A DNA stretch of 64,000 nucleotides from Mobula birostris (taxonomy: Eukaryota): NCBI RefSeq assembly GCF_030028105.1, contig NC_092374.1, forward strand, positions 189,417,074 to 189,481,073, given 5' to 3'. Positions 36,293 to 49,640 of this stretch are shown in pieces (within the stretch, counting starts at the first letter, position 1; the number at the start of each line of letters is the position of its first letter). Position numbers and translations under genes: made by a program. Under the pieces are notes generated by a model. It did not search any database. It was not told where the DNA came from and was given only the letters and a program-made list of their open reading frames with translations.

Positions 36293-37830
36293 TTAAGACC
36301 ATAAGACCATAAGACAAAGGAACAGAAGTCGACCATTCAGCCCATCGAGCCTGCTCTACCATTTTATCATGAGCTGATCCATTCTCCCATTTAATCCCAC
36401 TCCCCCGCCTTCTCACCATAACCTTGATGCCCTAGCTACTCAGGTACCTATCAATCTCTGCCTTAAATGCACCCAATGACTTGGCCTCCACTGCTGCCCG
36501 TGGCAACAAATTCCATAGATTCACCACACTCTGACTAAAAAAAATTCTTCGCCTTTCTGTTCTGAATGGGCGCCTTTCAATCCTTAAATCATGCCCTCAC
36601 ATACTAGACTCCCCCATCATGGGAAACAACTTTGCCACATCCACTCTGTCCATGCCTTTCAACATTCGAAATGTTTCTATGAGGTCTCCCCTCATTCTTC
36701 TAAACTCCAAGGAATACATTCCAAGAGCGGACAAACGTTCCTCATGTGTTAACCCTCTCATTCTCGGAATCATTCTAGTGAATCTTCTCTGTACCCTCTC
36801 CAACGTCAGCACATCCTTTCTTAAATAAGGAGACCAAAACTGCCCACAGTACTCCAAGTGAGGTCTCACCAGCCCCTTATAGAGCCTCAACATCACATCC
36901 CTGCTCCTATACTCTATTCCTCTAGAAATGAATGCCAACATTGCATTCGCCTTCTTCACTACAGACTCAACCTGGAGGTTAACACTAAGGGTATCCTGTA
37001 CGAGGACTCCCAAGTCCCGTTGCATCTCAGAACTTTGAATTCTTTCCCCATTTAAATAATAGTCTGCCCGTTTATTTCTTCTGCCAAAGTGCATAACCAT
37101 ACACTTTCCAACACTGTATTTCATTTGCCACTTCTTTGCCCATTCTTCCAATCTATCCAAGTCTCTCTGCAGACTCTCCGTTTCCTCAGCACTACCGGCT
37201 CCTCCACCTATCTTCGTATCATCAGCCAACTTAGCCACAAAGCCATCTATTCCATAATCCAAATCCATTGATGTACAATGTAAAAAGAAGCGGCCCCAAC
37301 ATGGACCCCTGTGGAACACCACTGGTAACCGGCAGCCAACCAGAATAGGATCCCTTTATTCCCACTCTCTGTTTCCTGCCAATCAGCCAACGTTCTATCC
37401 ACGTATGTAACTTTCCCATAATTCCATGGGCTCTTATCTTGTTAAGTAGCCTCATGTGTGGCACCTTATCAAAGGCCTTCTGAAAATCCAAATATACAAC
37501 ATCCACTGCATCTCCCTTGTCTAGCCTACTGGCAATTTCCTCAAAAAATTGTAATAGGTTTGTCAGGCAGGATTTTCCTTTAAGGAATCCATGCTGAGTT
37601 CTGCCTATCTTGTCATATGCCTCCAGGTACTCTGTAACCTCATCCTTGACAATCGACTCCAACAACCGATGTCAAGCTAACAGGTCTATAATTTCCTTTT
37701 TGCTTCCTTGCCCCCTTCTTAAATAACAGAGTGACATTTGCAATCTTCCAGTCCTCCAGAACCATGCCAGAATCTATCGACTTTTGAAAGATCATCGCTA
37801 ATGCCTCTGCAATCTCCACAATATTGAAGG
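36293..37830 (-). mobile_element. Relatively young 5'-truncated CR1 (RT domain)
   Basis: ORFs of 241 aa and 144 aa with LDFQKAFDKV, PQGSMLGP and LADD; (accataag)n tail. Confidence 0.93.
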
Positions 37831-38059
37831 ACATGCAGAATACAAATTAATTCACTTGCCATCTTTTTATTTTCCTTTATTTGTTCCAACATACACTTTT
37901 CAGAGGGCAATGACTACATTAATATTTTAAATTGTTTTCTTTTTAGATCTCTCAACGTGGCGGGTGGAGATACTTGGAAAAATTAGGGAAATTCTAAGCA
38001 GTTTCTAAAGTAGATTACATGATCAGTGCAGCATTGTGGGCCGAAGGGCCTGTAATGTG

Positions 38060-38255
38060 CTGAAAACAAGAAAGAAATATGACAATGGTTGGTCAAGCGA
38101 CCGCTGCCGGCACGTAGTCTATCTCAGAAGAATATTGATGATGGCTGGGGTCATCCATCTTGAAAGCCACTGCCCAGAAGAAGGCAATGGAAAACCACTT
38201 GTGTCGAAAAATTTGCAAAGAGCATTCATGGTCAAACTATTATCGTCCGCATCAT
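38060..38255 (+). mobile_element. SINE-like fragment with an RTE-type gaagaaggcaatggaaaaccact motif
   Basis: The motif resembles RTE/BovB-associated SINE tails (from recall). Confidence 0.35.
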
Positions 38256-40184
38256 GATGATGGCAACTGAATTTCTAACCATTTGATTTTACATTCCATG
38301 CAAGCTTTATTACGATTTGTACATTTTTGTTCTACCTAGCCCTTCGATGCTTTCACTTATAAGTTATGCAGCAGGCAGAGTCGTCTTTTGTCTCTTTTTT
38401 GTTTACGTTTTTAGTGTTTTTAAAACATTTTTCGTTATCCAAAGATGGTGGGTCTTCCCCATGGAATGTTATTTTCTCTTCAGAAGGTAGTCATTCTCTG
38501 TATTCAAAAGGATCACCTCCAGTACCTGTTACTTGATATCAATTAGTGGACCCTTCAGGCAAATTTCCCAGTTCCACTTTTTGTGGCCTCTTTGTTTCTC
38601 CTACTTAGTTTAAATTATTTGGGTCAGTTCTTCTATTCTGCAAACTTACCGTAAATTTCATTGATGTTGTGATTGTTGCGATTGAGAGGCAACTTCATGA
38701 TGAGATCATTATTTAAACTTATCTCGTTGCACAATACCAGCATTTTATACAGGACCCTATCATGTGGTTACTTTTTGGAATCTGTAGAAGCGAATGGAGC
38801 CAACTAGCGTATTCAATGCTGAGGAAAATTTGCTGATAGATACGCTAAAACTCAGTGCAGTCACACCAGTGCCTTTGTGAAGAAGTTCCTCAGTCTAGAG
38901 TTCTAACACCGGTAGACTCTGAGGAGATGTGCGCCATTTTACAGCCTCTTAAACATTTCAAATGTGCATTGTTTAAGATGAAACATCAGTTCTGTTGACT
39001 AATTTCAATAGAGTGTACTGAACTAACGGTAGACAAACAGGATGGCATATTTTTACTTTCTGTATGCATTTTGAATAAGTTTTACATTTTTGGGGAGAAC
39101 AAAGTTTGTACACCATTCGTGCAAGTGATTTCATACCTTTATTATAGCTCATCCCCATACAAAACGTGTCTACATCCCAGCTTCCCGAACATCTTTCATC
39201 TCAGACCCTGGTACAGATATTATCGTTCATCAACTGAGCCAAATCCCTTCAACTTTTCCTGACTTCCTGGTATTTTTATTGCCATAGCTCCTTCAACATT
39301 AAAGTCACAGTAAATGTCATTCTGCAGCAATGCCTCTATAATTGCTCTTACGCCATATTTTCATTGCACCAGTAAGTTAGCCGTTGTTTAGCAAGGTATG
39401 TGCATTCAAGTCACAGAGTCGTTTAGTTTCGATTGGCCTGCTCTCCTTAACTTTTATCCCTCGCCCCTACTACTTAGTTTAAAGTCTGCTCGGGAATTGC
39501 AATAATGCAGAGTATTAATTTATCATTGTAATGGTGATGTAAAGTTAATGCAGATTAAAAATTGTAAAATTATTCTGTGGTCCTAAAAGGGTTGTCTGAT
39601 AATTATGCAGCAGTTTAACAGAATTCTATATAGTCAGGAGTATAATAGCGATTACAGTAGTAATATGTTAAAAGATATTGATATAACTGTGTTGTCTGAT
39701 ATTAATACAGTAGAATATGATATTCAGATTTGTAACTGCTGTGTGACATTTTCCGTACTGAAATTACCATTAATTAAAATTAATTCGTTTAAAATGAGTG
39801 CTATTAATATGTCGTAATGGTGTTGCTTGATATTAATGCAGGCTATATGATAATTAATAATAAATATAATTTATTATATTAATTTTATCAACGATTATAA
39901 TGCATTATCTGGATTGTAATACAATTATAATACAGTGTGGTGGTTGTTTTTGTGTAAGGGCTGTGATATTAATATACAAGGTGAAAATCGGTTGATATTG
40001 ATGAGGCGAGGCAGCCTTGCTGCCTGATATTATTTCAGTTTTGCAATAGTGTTAATTTCTGTACAAAACACAAGAATGGATTATGGAGGTGGTTTGTTGC
40101 TTTACCATACAGCGCTGCTGAAGGACACAGAGAGGGAGAGCAACGATTAAGCTCGCGAAGCGGTTTCGACGGTATTTTAATTCC

Positions 40185-40380
40185 GATGTAGCACAGTGGA
40201 GCTCCCAACTTGTCAATCACAGGGACCCGGGTTTGATCCTGTCCTCCGGCGCTGTATGTGTGACGTTTTCTCGTTCTCCCTGGAACCAGTGTTTTTCCAG
40301 TACTTTGTTTACATTCACATTGTGAGGTGGTAGTTGTAGGCCGTTGCAAATCGACCCTAGTGTGTAAGTGAGAAGTAGAA
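40185..40380 (+). mobile_element. tRNA-derived CORE/HE1-like SINE
   Basis: B-box-like gggtttgatcc followed by tccggcgctgtatgtgtgacgtt. Confidence 0.65.
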
Positions 40381-40614
40381 TGGATAGGGAAATAGGAAGG
40401 CTAGACTAGAAGGAACTTTAGTGGCGGAGAGAGACTGAGTGAAACTAAAGACCATTTAAGGTGTGAAAATGTCTATCACTCCCCTATGGAGTGTCCGAGG
40501 AACCCTTCCCGAACGCGGCCGGTCATCAGGGTAGAGGTATGTATATTTGGAGACATGAGATACTCGAATCTGGATTGAAAGAGTTGGTAAAATTCAACAT
40601 AATGTGCCTGTAAT

Positions 40615-40805
40615 AAACGCAAGATATTCTGCAGATCCTGGAAATCCAGAGTAAGAGAAAGAAACTGCTGGAGGAACTCAGCAGGTCAGGCAGCATCTAT
40701 GGAAAGGAGTAAAGGGTCGACGTTCCTGTCTGATACTCTTCACAGCTATTTATTCCTTTCCTTAGATGTTTCCTGACATGCTGAGTCCCTCCAGTGTTTT
40801 TGTTA
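40615..40805. mobile_element. Palindromic Penelope-end-derived mini-element
   Basis: ctgctggaggaactcagcaggtcaggcagcatcta ... tagatgtttcctgacatgctgagtccctccag form inverted arms. Confidence 0.6.
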
Positions 40806-41759
40806 CTTTACGTACCTGTACATTTGATTTGTGATGTCCGTTGTGACTTTTCCCGAATATCTGCGCTCTTATGTTTGCGCACCGTGAGTTATGATCAGCA
40901 TAGGTTATTGCTATGATCAAACTAATCCCAAAGTGAGCAAGGGGAAGATTTTATGTAGGTTGGACCATCGTTTCAATTTCTGCTTAACTGCAGATGTCCA
41001 ATAAAGAAGTGACTTTCGACGTTCGTCTGTAGCCATAATGGGCACGCAGAGAGACCCTGGAAATCTTAGTGCAGACAACTAGGGAGTTCCTGGGAGACCC
41101 TGTACAGGCATGCGGGAAGTTCATTCCCTGGTGCAGAGACAGGGAATGTTGCCGCGAGATCTGACACAACACTCCCAGAGCCCTCAGATGAAACTCCGTT
41201 GACATATGCTTCAATCAGGTCGTGGAGAATGCGCTCCAAATTCCATTTAGCGAGGAGCAGCTTTGAGAAAGTGTGCATGATTGTGAAAACGGTTTTAACA
41301 TTGACTTACCCTCCGGGAATTAGGTACGGCGTTTATTATGACTATTTTATCCTGTGTATTGACTCCAACAAACGTGTCATTGTCGTATTCTAGTCAATCT
41401 CATGTTTCCACGGGATTCCAATGGGGGCTATATTTTTTTGTTGTTCTTGTTCTATATGTTGGAATTTTATGCTTCATTTGCAATGCATTTAAATTACGTT
41501 CCTAATTTCCAAAATTCGCGTCACCTTCCTTTCTGCTCTCCAAAGTGATTCAACTGGAGGCTGAGGTGGCTAGGGAGGCATAAATGTTGTGGCAGACGCC
41601 AACAATTCCAATTAATTCAGGGAGAAAGATTTATTAATGCACGGAAATGTGCAGAACGACAGTACGCACTGTATTTACTCCCACTGAAAGCAAAACAAGA
41701 AAAACTGCGCTGCTATTTATTTATTTTTAGCTTTAGGGATTCGACCGGAACCTTCCGGC

Positions 41760-41960
41760 CCAAAGAGGCCGTGTCGCACAATTCCACCACTGTGACCAAT
41801 TAACTTACAAACCCATACGTCTTTGGAATGTGGCAGAAATCAGGATCACCCGGAGGAAACCCACGCGATCACGGGCAAGATCGTACAAACGCTTTACAGA
41901 CAGCGGCAGGAACTGAAACCGCGTCGCTGACGCTGTAATAGTGTTCTACGAACTGTTAGA
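41760..41960 (-). mobile_element. tRNA-derived CORE/HE1-like SINE
   Basis: cgtctttggaatgtgg...cacccggaggaaacccacgcgatcacggg...acagacagc. Confidence 0.7.
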
Positions 41961-42429
41961 CTACCGAGACATCTCTGGTTCGGAGAAGATAAATTTCGTC
42001 AGATCACTGTCTCTGGCTTCAGTTACACAACCCTGAAATAAAAAGTTGGTAGCAGTAAATATGATACTTTCATAAAAAAGGAAGAGGTGGAAATCGGTCA
42101 GCATAGCGCCGGCCTGTCCACCTGTAAAGTCCGACTCTGTGATGTGGTTGAATAAACACTGCGTGCGTTGGAAGCTGAGACAAAACCAAAAAATGCTGGA
42201 TACAGTGAGTCACGTAGCACACGTGGAAAGAGAAATTAAGTTAATGTTGCAGGTCAGATGAGTCTTTGACATGAAACATTGACCCCGTTTCTCTCTCCAT
42301 CACGGCTTTTGTGGTTATGTTTGTGACTAAAAACTCTTACTGCTACTACAGGCTCAGAACCTGAATTTAAATTCTGCAGCCGCCTCGAATAGAACTCAAA
42401 TCTGCAGAACACTGGTCTCCTAAATGATT

Positions 42430-44720
42430 CAGCACCATGACTGAGTTCATATCCAGCCACTTATATTCAAGACATCTTGAAATAAAATCTAACATTGCAT
42501 TTGCCTTTCTCACTACTGACTCAGTCTGCAAGTTAACCTTCAGGGTGTTCTGCACAAGCACTCCCAAGTCTTTTTGCATCGCAGATTTTTGGGTTTTCTC
42601 TCCATATAGAAAATAGACTGCACATTTATTTCTGCTACCAAGGTCGATGACCATGCATTTTCCAACACTGTATTTCTTTTGCCACTTTCTTGCCCATTCT
42701 CCAAATCTGTCTGAGTCCTTCTGTAGCCTAGCTGTTTTCTGAACCTTACCTGCCCTCCACTTACCTTTATATCATCTGCAAATTTGGCAACAAAGCCAAC
42801 TATTCCATCATCTAAAGCATTAATATACAGCATAAAAAAGCGCTCCCAACACCGCCCCCTGAAGAACACCACTATTGACTGGCAGCCAACCAGAAAAGGA
42901 TCCTGCTTTTCCCACTTGTTGCATCCTACCACCCAGCCAATGATCTAACAATGCCAGTAACTTTCCTGTAATACCACAGGGTGTTAACTTGGTAAGCAGC
43001 CTCATGTGTGGCATCTTGTTAAAGGCCTTCCGAAAGTCCAAATATAAAACATCCACTGCATCTTCTTTATCTATCCGACTTGTAATCTCCTCAAAGGATT
43101 GCATCAGGTTCATCAGGCAGGATTTCCCCTTAAGGAAACCATGCTCACTTTGCCCCATCTTGCCCTGTGTCACCAAATACTCCATAACCTTATCCTTAGT
43201 AATTGATTCCCACCTCTTCCCAACCAATGAGGTCAGGCTAACTGACCTATTACTTCCTTTCTGCTGCCTTCCAACTTTCGAAAAGAGTGGTGTGACATTT
43301 AGAATTTTCCAGACCTTGGCACCATGCCAGAGTCCAATGCATCCTGAGAGATCATTGCTAATGCCTCCACAATCTGTACTGCTACCTAGGGTGTTTCAGA
43401 ATCCTAGGGTGCAGTTCATCTGGTCCAGTGACTTATGTACACTTAGGGCCTTCAGCCTTTTGAGCTCCTGCTCCCTTGTAATAGTAAATGCACTCATTTC
43501 TCTGCCTTCACACACTACAACATCTGGCACACTCCGGGTGTCTTCCACAGTGAAGACGAATGCAATATACTCAGTTAATTCATCTGCCATCTCCTTGTCC
43601 CCATTATTATTTCTCTGTCCTCTTTTTGTAGCAGTTGTATATCCATTCTTATCTCTCTTTTATTTTTTACATACTTAAAATACTTTTAATATCCACTTTA
43701 ATAGTGTTTGCTAGCTTCCTTTCATATTTCATCTTTTCCCTCCTAATGACCCTTGTAGTTACTTTCTGTACGTTTTTAAAAGCTTCCCAATCTTCTATAT
43801 TCCTGCTAATATTTGCTTTGTTGTATGCCCTCTCTTTTGCTTTTTCATTAGCTTTGACTCCCCTTGTCAGCCACGTTTGTACTGTTTTGGCATTTGAGTA
43901 TTTCTGCACTTTTGGAATACTCATGTCCTGCATCTTCCTCAGTCTTTCCAGGAACCCACACCATTGCTGTTCTGCTGTCGTCCCTGCCAGCAGGTCATCC
44001 AATTTACTTTAGCCAATCCCTCTTTCACACCACTGTAATTTCCTTTACTCCACTGAAATAGTGCTAGGTTAAACTTTACTTTCTCCATATCAGATTTCAA
44101 GTTGAAGTTACTTATGTTGTGATCACTGGCTTCCAATGGATCTTTTTACCTTAAGCTCCCGACCGAATCACCCCCAGTTCATTACATAACACCCAATCCA
44201 GTATAGCTGATTCTCTCAACAACAAACTGCTCTAAAAAGCTATCTCTTAGGCATTCATCAAATTCACTCTTTTGAGATCCATTACCAACCTGATTTTCCC
44301 AATCCATCTGCATGTTAAAATCTCCCATGACTATCATAACATTGCCCTTTGGACATACCTTTTCTCTTTCCTGTTGCAATCTGTAGGCTACAGCTACTGT
44401 TTGGAGGCCTGTATATAACTGCCATCATGGTCCTTTTACCCATGCAGTTTCTTAACTCAACCCACAAGGATTCAATATCTTCTGATCCTATGTCACTTCC
44501 ATTCTTAACTAGCAGAGCCACGCCACCCCCTCTGCCTGCCTTCCGATGCAACGTGTAGCCTTGGATATTCAGCTCCCAACTACAACCATCCTTCAGCCAT
44601 GATTCAGTGATGGCCGCAACATCGTAGCAGATAATCTGTAATAGTGCAACAAGATCGTCCACTGTATTTCTTATGCTCCATGCATTGAGATATAACACAT
44701 TGATTACTGTATTTGCTGCC
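42430..44720 (-). mobile_element. CR1 LINE, disrupted ORF2 (EN and RT)
   Basis: YLNAWSIRN, AITESWL, LDFRKAFNKM, FADD. Confidence 0.92.
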
Positions 44721-44884
44721 CTTTTTGATTTTGCATCCCTAATGTATTTTGTTCGAAAATAACTGCTGCTTATGCATGTTTCATGTCTCTTCGAGCATCA
44801 GTCTCAGCTGCATCTGTTCTCAAGGTGAAGCTTTCCACTCTAGAACTTCTGCAGTGTCCTGCTTCTTCTGAGAACCTTTGCTGT

Positions 44885-47800
44885 AGATAGAAATATAGAA
44901 ACATAGAAAGCCTACAGCAAAATACAGTGCTGAACATGTACTAACTTACGAAATTACCTTGGGTTACCCGTAGCCCTCTATTTATCTAAGATCTATGTAC
45001 CTATCCAAGAGTCTCTTAAAGACCATATGGTATCCGCCTCTACAACGGTGCTGACAGCACATTCCATGCACTCAGCATTCTCTGCATAAAAAACCTTACC
45101 CCTGACATCTCCCAGCACCTTAAATCTGTGCCCTCTAGTGTTAGCCATTTCACCCCTGGGAACAGGCCTCTGAATGTCCACACGATCAATGCCTCTTATG
45201 ATCTTATACAACTCTATCAGGTCGCCTCTCATCCTCTGTTGCTCCAAGGAGAAAAGGCCAAATTCACTCAACCTATTCTCATAAGACATGCTCCCGAATC
45301 CAGGCAACATCCTCGCAAATTTTCTCTGCACCCTTTCTATAGTTTCTACATCCTTCCTGTAGTGAAGTGACCAGAACTAATCACAGTACTCAAAGTGGGG
45401 TCTGACTAGGGTCCTATATAGATGTAACATTACCTCTCGGTTCTTGAACTCAATCCCATGGTTAATGAAGGCCAATATACCGAATGACTTCTTAACCACA
45501 CAGTCAATCTGTGCAGCAGCTTTGAGTGTCCTATGGACTCGGACCCCAAGATCCCTCTGATCCTCCACACTGCCAAGAGTCTTACCATTAATACTATATT
45601 CTGCCATCATATTTGACTTACCAAAATGAACCACCTCACACTTATCTGTGATAAACTTCATCTTCCACTTCCCAGCCCAGTTTTGCATCTTATTGATGTC
45701 CCACTGTAATCTCTGACAGCCCTCCACATTATCCACAACACCCCCAACCTCTGTGTCATCGACACATTTACTAAACTATCCCCCACTTCCTCATCCATGT
45801 CACTTATAAAAATCCTGAAGAGAAGGGGACCCCGAACAGATCCTTGAAACACACCTCTGGTCACCGAACTTCATGCAGAATATGACCCGTCTACAACCAA
45901 TCTTTGTCTTCTGTGGGCAAGCCAGTTCTGAATCCACGAAGTAATGTCCCCTTGGATCCCATGCCTCCTTACTTTCTCAATAAGCCTGGCATGGGGTACC
46001 TTATCAAATGCCTTGCTGAAATCCATATACACTACATCTACTGCTTTGCCTTCATCAATGTATTTAGTCACATCCTCAAAAAATTGAATCAGCCTTGAAA
46101 GGCACGACCTGCCTTAGACAAAATCCATGCTGACTATTCCAAATCATGTTATACCTCTCCAAACATTCACAAATCCTGCCCCTCAGGATCTTTTCCATCA
46201 ACTTACCAACCACTGAAGTAAAACTCACTGGTCTATAATTTCCTGGGCTATCTCTACTCCCTTTCTTGAATAAGGGAACAACATCCGCAACCCTCCAATA
46301 CTCCAGGACTTCTCTCGACCCATTGATGATGCAAAGATCATTGCCAGAGGCTCAGCCATTTCGCCCCTCGCTTCCCACAGTAGCCTGGGGTATATCTCAT
46401 CTGGTCCCGGTGACTTATCCAACTTGATGCTTTCCAAAAGCTCCAGCACATCCTGTTCCTTAATATCTACTCGCTCAATCTTTCCAGTCCGCTGTAAGTC
46501 ATCCCTACAATTGCCAAGATTCTTTTCTGTAGTGAATACTGAAGCAAAGCATTCATTAAGTACCTCCGCTACCTCCTCCGGTTCCATACACACTTTTCCA
46601 CTGTCACACTTGATTGGTCCTATTGTCTCATGTCTTATCCTCTTGCTCTTCACATGCTTGGAGAATGCTTTGGGGTTTTCCTTAATCCTACTCGCCTTCT
46701 AATGGCACCTTCTGGCTCTCCTAATTTCATTCTTAAACTTCTTCCTGCTAACCTTATAATCTTCTAGATTCCTATCATTGCCAAGTTTTTTGAACCTTTC
46801 GTAAGCTTTTCTTTTCTTCTCAACTAGATTTTCAATTGCCTTTGTAAACCACGGTTCCTCTACCCTACCATCCTTACCCTGTCTCATTGGAATGAACCTA
46901 TGCAGCATGCCACGCAAATATCACCTGAACATTTGCCACATTTCTGCCATATATTTCCCTGAGAACATCTGTTCCCAATTTATGCTTCCAAGTTCCTGCC
47001 TGATAACTTCATACTTCCCCTTACTCCAATTGAGCACTTCCCTAACTTGTCTGTTCCGATCACTCTCTACTGCTATGCTAAAGGAGATAGAATTATGATC
47101 ACTACCTCCAAAATGCTCTCCCACTGTGAGACCTGACACCTGACCAGGTTCATTTCACAATACCAGATGAAGTACAATCTCTCCTCTTGTAGGCTTATCT
47201 ACATCCTGTGTCAACAATCCTTCCTGAACACACCTAACTTCACACCATCTAAACCCCTTGCTCCATAGAGATGCCAATCAATATTGAGGAATTAAAATCC
47301 CCCAACACGATCAACCTGTTATTACTGCACCGTTCCAGAATCTGTCTCTCTATCTGCTCCTCGCTGTCCCTGTTACTATTGGGTGATCTATAAAAAACAC
47401 CCAATAGAGTTATTGACTCCTTCCTGTTCCTAACTTCCACCCACAGAGACACAGTAGACAATCCCTCCATGATTTCCTCCTTTTCTGCAGCTGTGACACT
47501 ATCTCTGATCAGGAGTGCCATCAGGAGGGGCTTGTGAGCCAACCGCCCCTTCTTACGTCTCTTCAGTCTGGCTCCCTACCCCAGCAATTCTAGTTTATAC
47601 TCTCCCTGATAGCCTTTGCAAACCTCCCTGCCGTGATATTTGTTCCCCTCGGATTCAAGTGCAACCCATCCTTTTCACACAGGTCACGCCTGCCCCAAAA
47701 TAGGTCCCAATGATCCAGAAATCTGAATTCTTGCACCCTGCTCCAATCCCTCAGCCACACATTTATCCTCCACCTCACTCTATTCCTATACTCACTGTAA

Positions 47801-48720
47801 CGTGCCACAGGCAGCAATCCCAAGATTACTACCTTTGCGATCCTGCTTCTCAGCTTCTTTCCTAACTCACTGTAATCTGTATTCAGGACCTTCTCCATTT
47901 TCCTACCTATGTCGTTGGGACCAATATTTACCACTACCTCTGGCTGTTCACCTTCCCACTTGAGGATATCATGGATGCAATCAGAAACATCCCAGACCCT
48001 GGCACCTGGGAGGTAAACTCCCATCTGTGTTTTTTCCTGCATCCACAGAATTACCAGTATGACCCCCTATCTATAGAGTCCCCTATAACTGCTGCCATGC
48101 TCTTCCTTTCCCCACCTATCTGAGCCACAGGGCTTGACTCTGTGCCAGAGGCACTGTCACTGTTGCTTCCCCCAGATTAATCATTCCCCCCACCACCACT
48201 CAAGCAGGAGGACTTATTGTTAAGAGGGACAGTCATTTGGGGTACTCTCTAGTATCTGACTCTTGCCCTTCCCTCTCCTGACTGTTACCCTTTTATCTGT
48301 CTCCCAAGGCCCTGGTGCGATTACTTGCCTATAGCTCCTATCTATCACTTCATCACTTTCTCTGACCAAACAAAGGTCATCGAGCTGCATCTCCAGTTCC
48401 CTAATCCTGCCCCTAAGGAGCTTCAACTCAACGCATCTGGCGCACATGTGGCCGTCCAGGAGGTTGGGAGTCTCCCGGACATCCCACATCTGACACCCAG
48501 TACAGAACGCCGGCCTCACAGCCACACTTCCTATTTCTATTCTTCACAAGTAACTTACTTCACATTGACCCGTTGAGCCAAAGCGCTCCTACTCTAACTC
48601 CCTCTACTACGACACCCACACCTCTAGTGCCCACTCTATAAAGGTGTCTTCTTTTTCAATTTTTCCTGTCAGTCTAACTCGCTGACGTCCACACGCCTGC
48701 GCAGTCATGCCTCGATCCTC
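44885..48720 (-). mobile_element. Near-full-length degenerate CR1 with ORF1 (Cys-rich N-terminus and SGNH-esterase-like region) and ORF2
   Basis: CTGCQMW...CARC (48220-48525); YLPGARV...VVNIGPNDIG...DGLHLN (47590-48042); EN and RT relics; catagaaa tail at ~44900. Confidence 0.92.
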
Positions 48721-48739
48721 GTGCCTAGATGAATAAATG

Positions 48740-49330
48740 TGACACATATTTTCTTCATTTCTCACATGCCCGCTCTCATCCTGCCTCTGCCGAGACAGAA
48801 CATAGATAGAGTTCCCCTGGTCCTTACATTTCAAATTCCTGGACAACCACGTCAAGCACACAGCATTAGCTACTTCTACCAGTCAATTCTTCCTTTGTCC
48901 CTCCATTTAAACACCAGTATCCAATGCCACCCTTGTCATCTCATCACTTCTCCTGCAGGATGTATAACATCTGCCCATACAATAACACCTTCACCACCAC
49001 TCAGGGACCTGAACAGCACTTCCAGGAAAGGAAAAGATTCATTTGCACATCCTCTATCCTGGTCAATTAAATTTGGTGCTCACGATGTGGCTTCCTCTGC
49101 ATCAGTGCATAGGTGGCCAATTTGCAGAGCACCTGAATTCTTTCCATAATAGCCATCTTGAGCTTTCATGTGCACATGAGTTTATAACTTCTCTGCCCAT
49201 TCCCAAGCCGAACTATCATCCCAATCCTTATTCCCTACCACCATGAGGCCAAATGCAAACTAGAAGAATGGTACCTCAGATTCAACTTTAACCCAATGAA
49301 ATGAACATTGAATTTTCAATTTTTAGGAAA
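48740..49330 (+). mobile_element. Degenerate Penelope-like ORF 3' fragment
   Basis: DRVPLVLTF motif and similarity to 56100-56720. Confidence 0.55.
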
Positions 49331-49344
49331 CTCACTTCTACCGT

Positions 49345-49640
49345 ATTCTCTTCCCACTTTCCCAGCACACAGGGATTCTCTCCCTCATATCCTGTGGAGG
49401 CATTTTTTTAGCCAGGGAGTCATGAATCTCTGGAATGCTCTGAAACAGAATGGGGTGGAGGGCAAGTCCGTGGGTATATTTAAAGTGGACATTGATAGTT
49501 TCCTGATCAGCCAGGGTAACAAAGGATATGGTAAGAAGACAGGAGTATGGGCTTGAGTGGGATCTGGGATCAGCCATGAGGGAATGGCAGAGCAGACTCA
49601 ATGGGCTGAATGGCCTAATTTTGCTGCTATGTCTTATGGT
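49345..49640 (+). mobile_element. CR1 3' fragment
   Basis: FFSQGVMNLWNAL and a gggctgaatggcct tail. Confidence 0.75.

Noticed and set aside
42989-43678. 229-aa plus-strand ORF and similar long ORFs (88-429, 54291-55096, 63350-63736)
   Set aside because: These are antisense or alternate-frame shadows of CR1, Penelope or SINE sequence.
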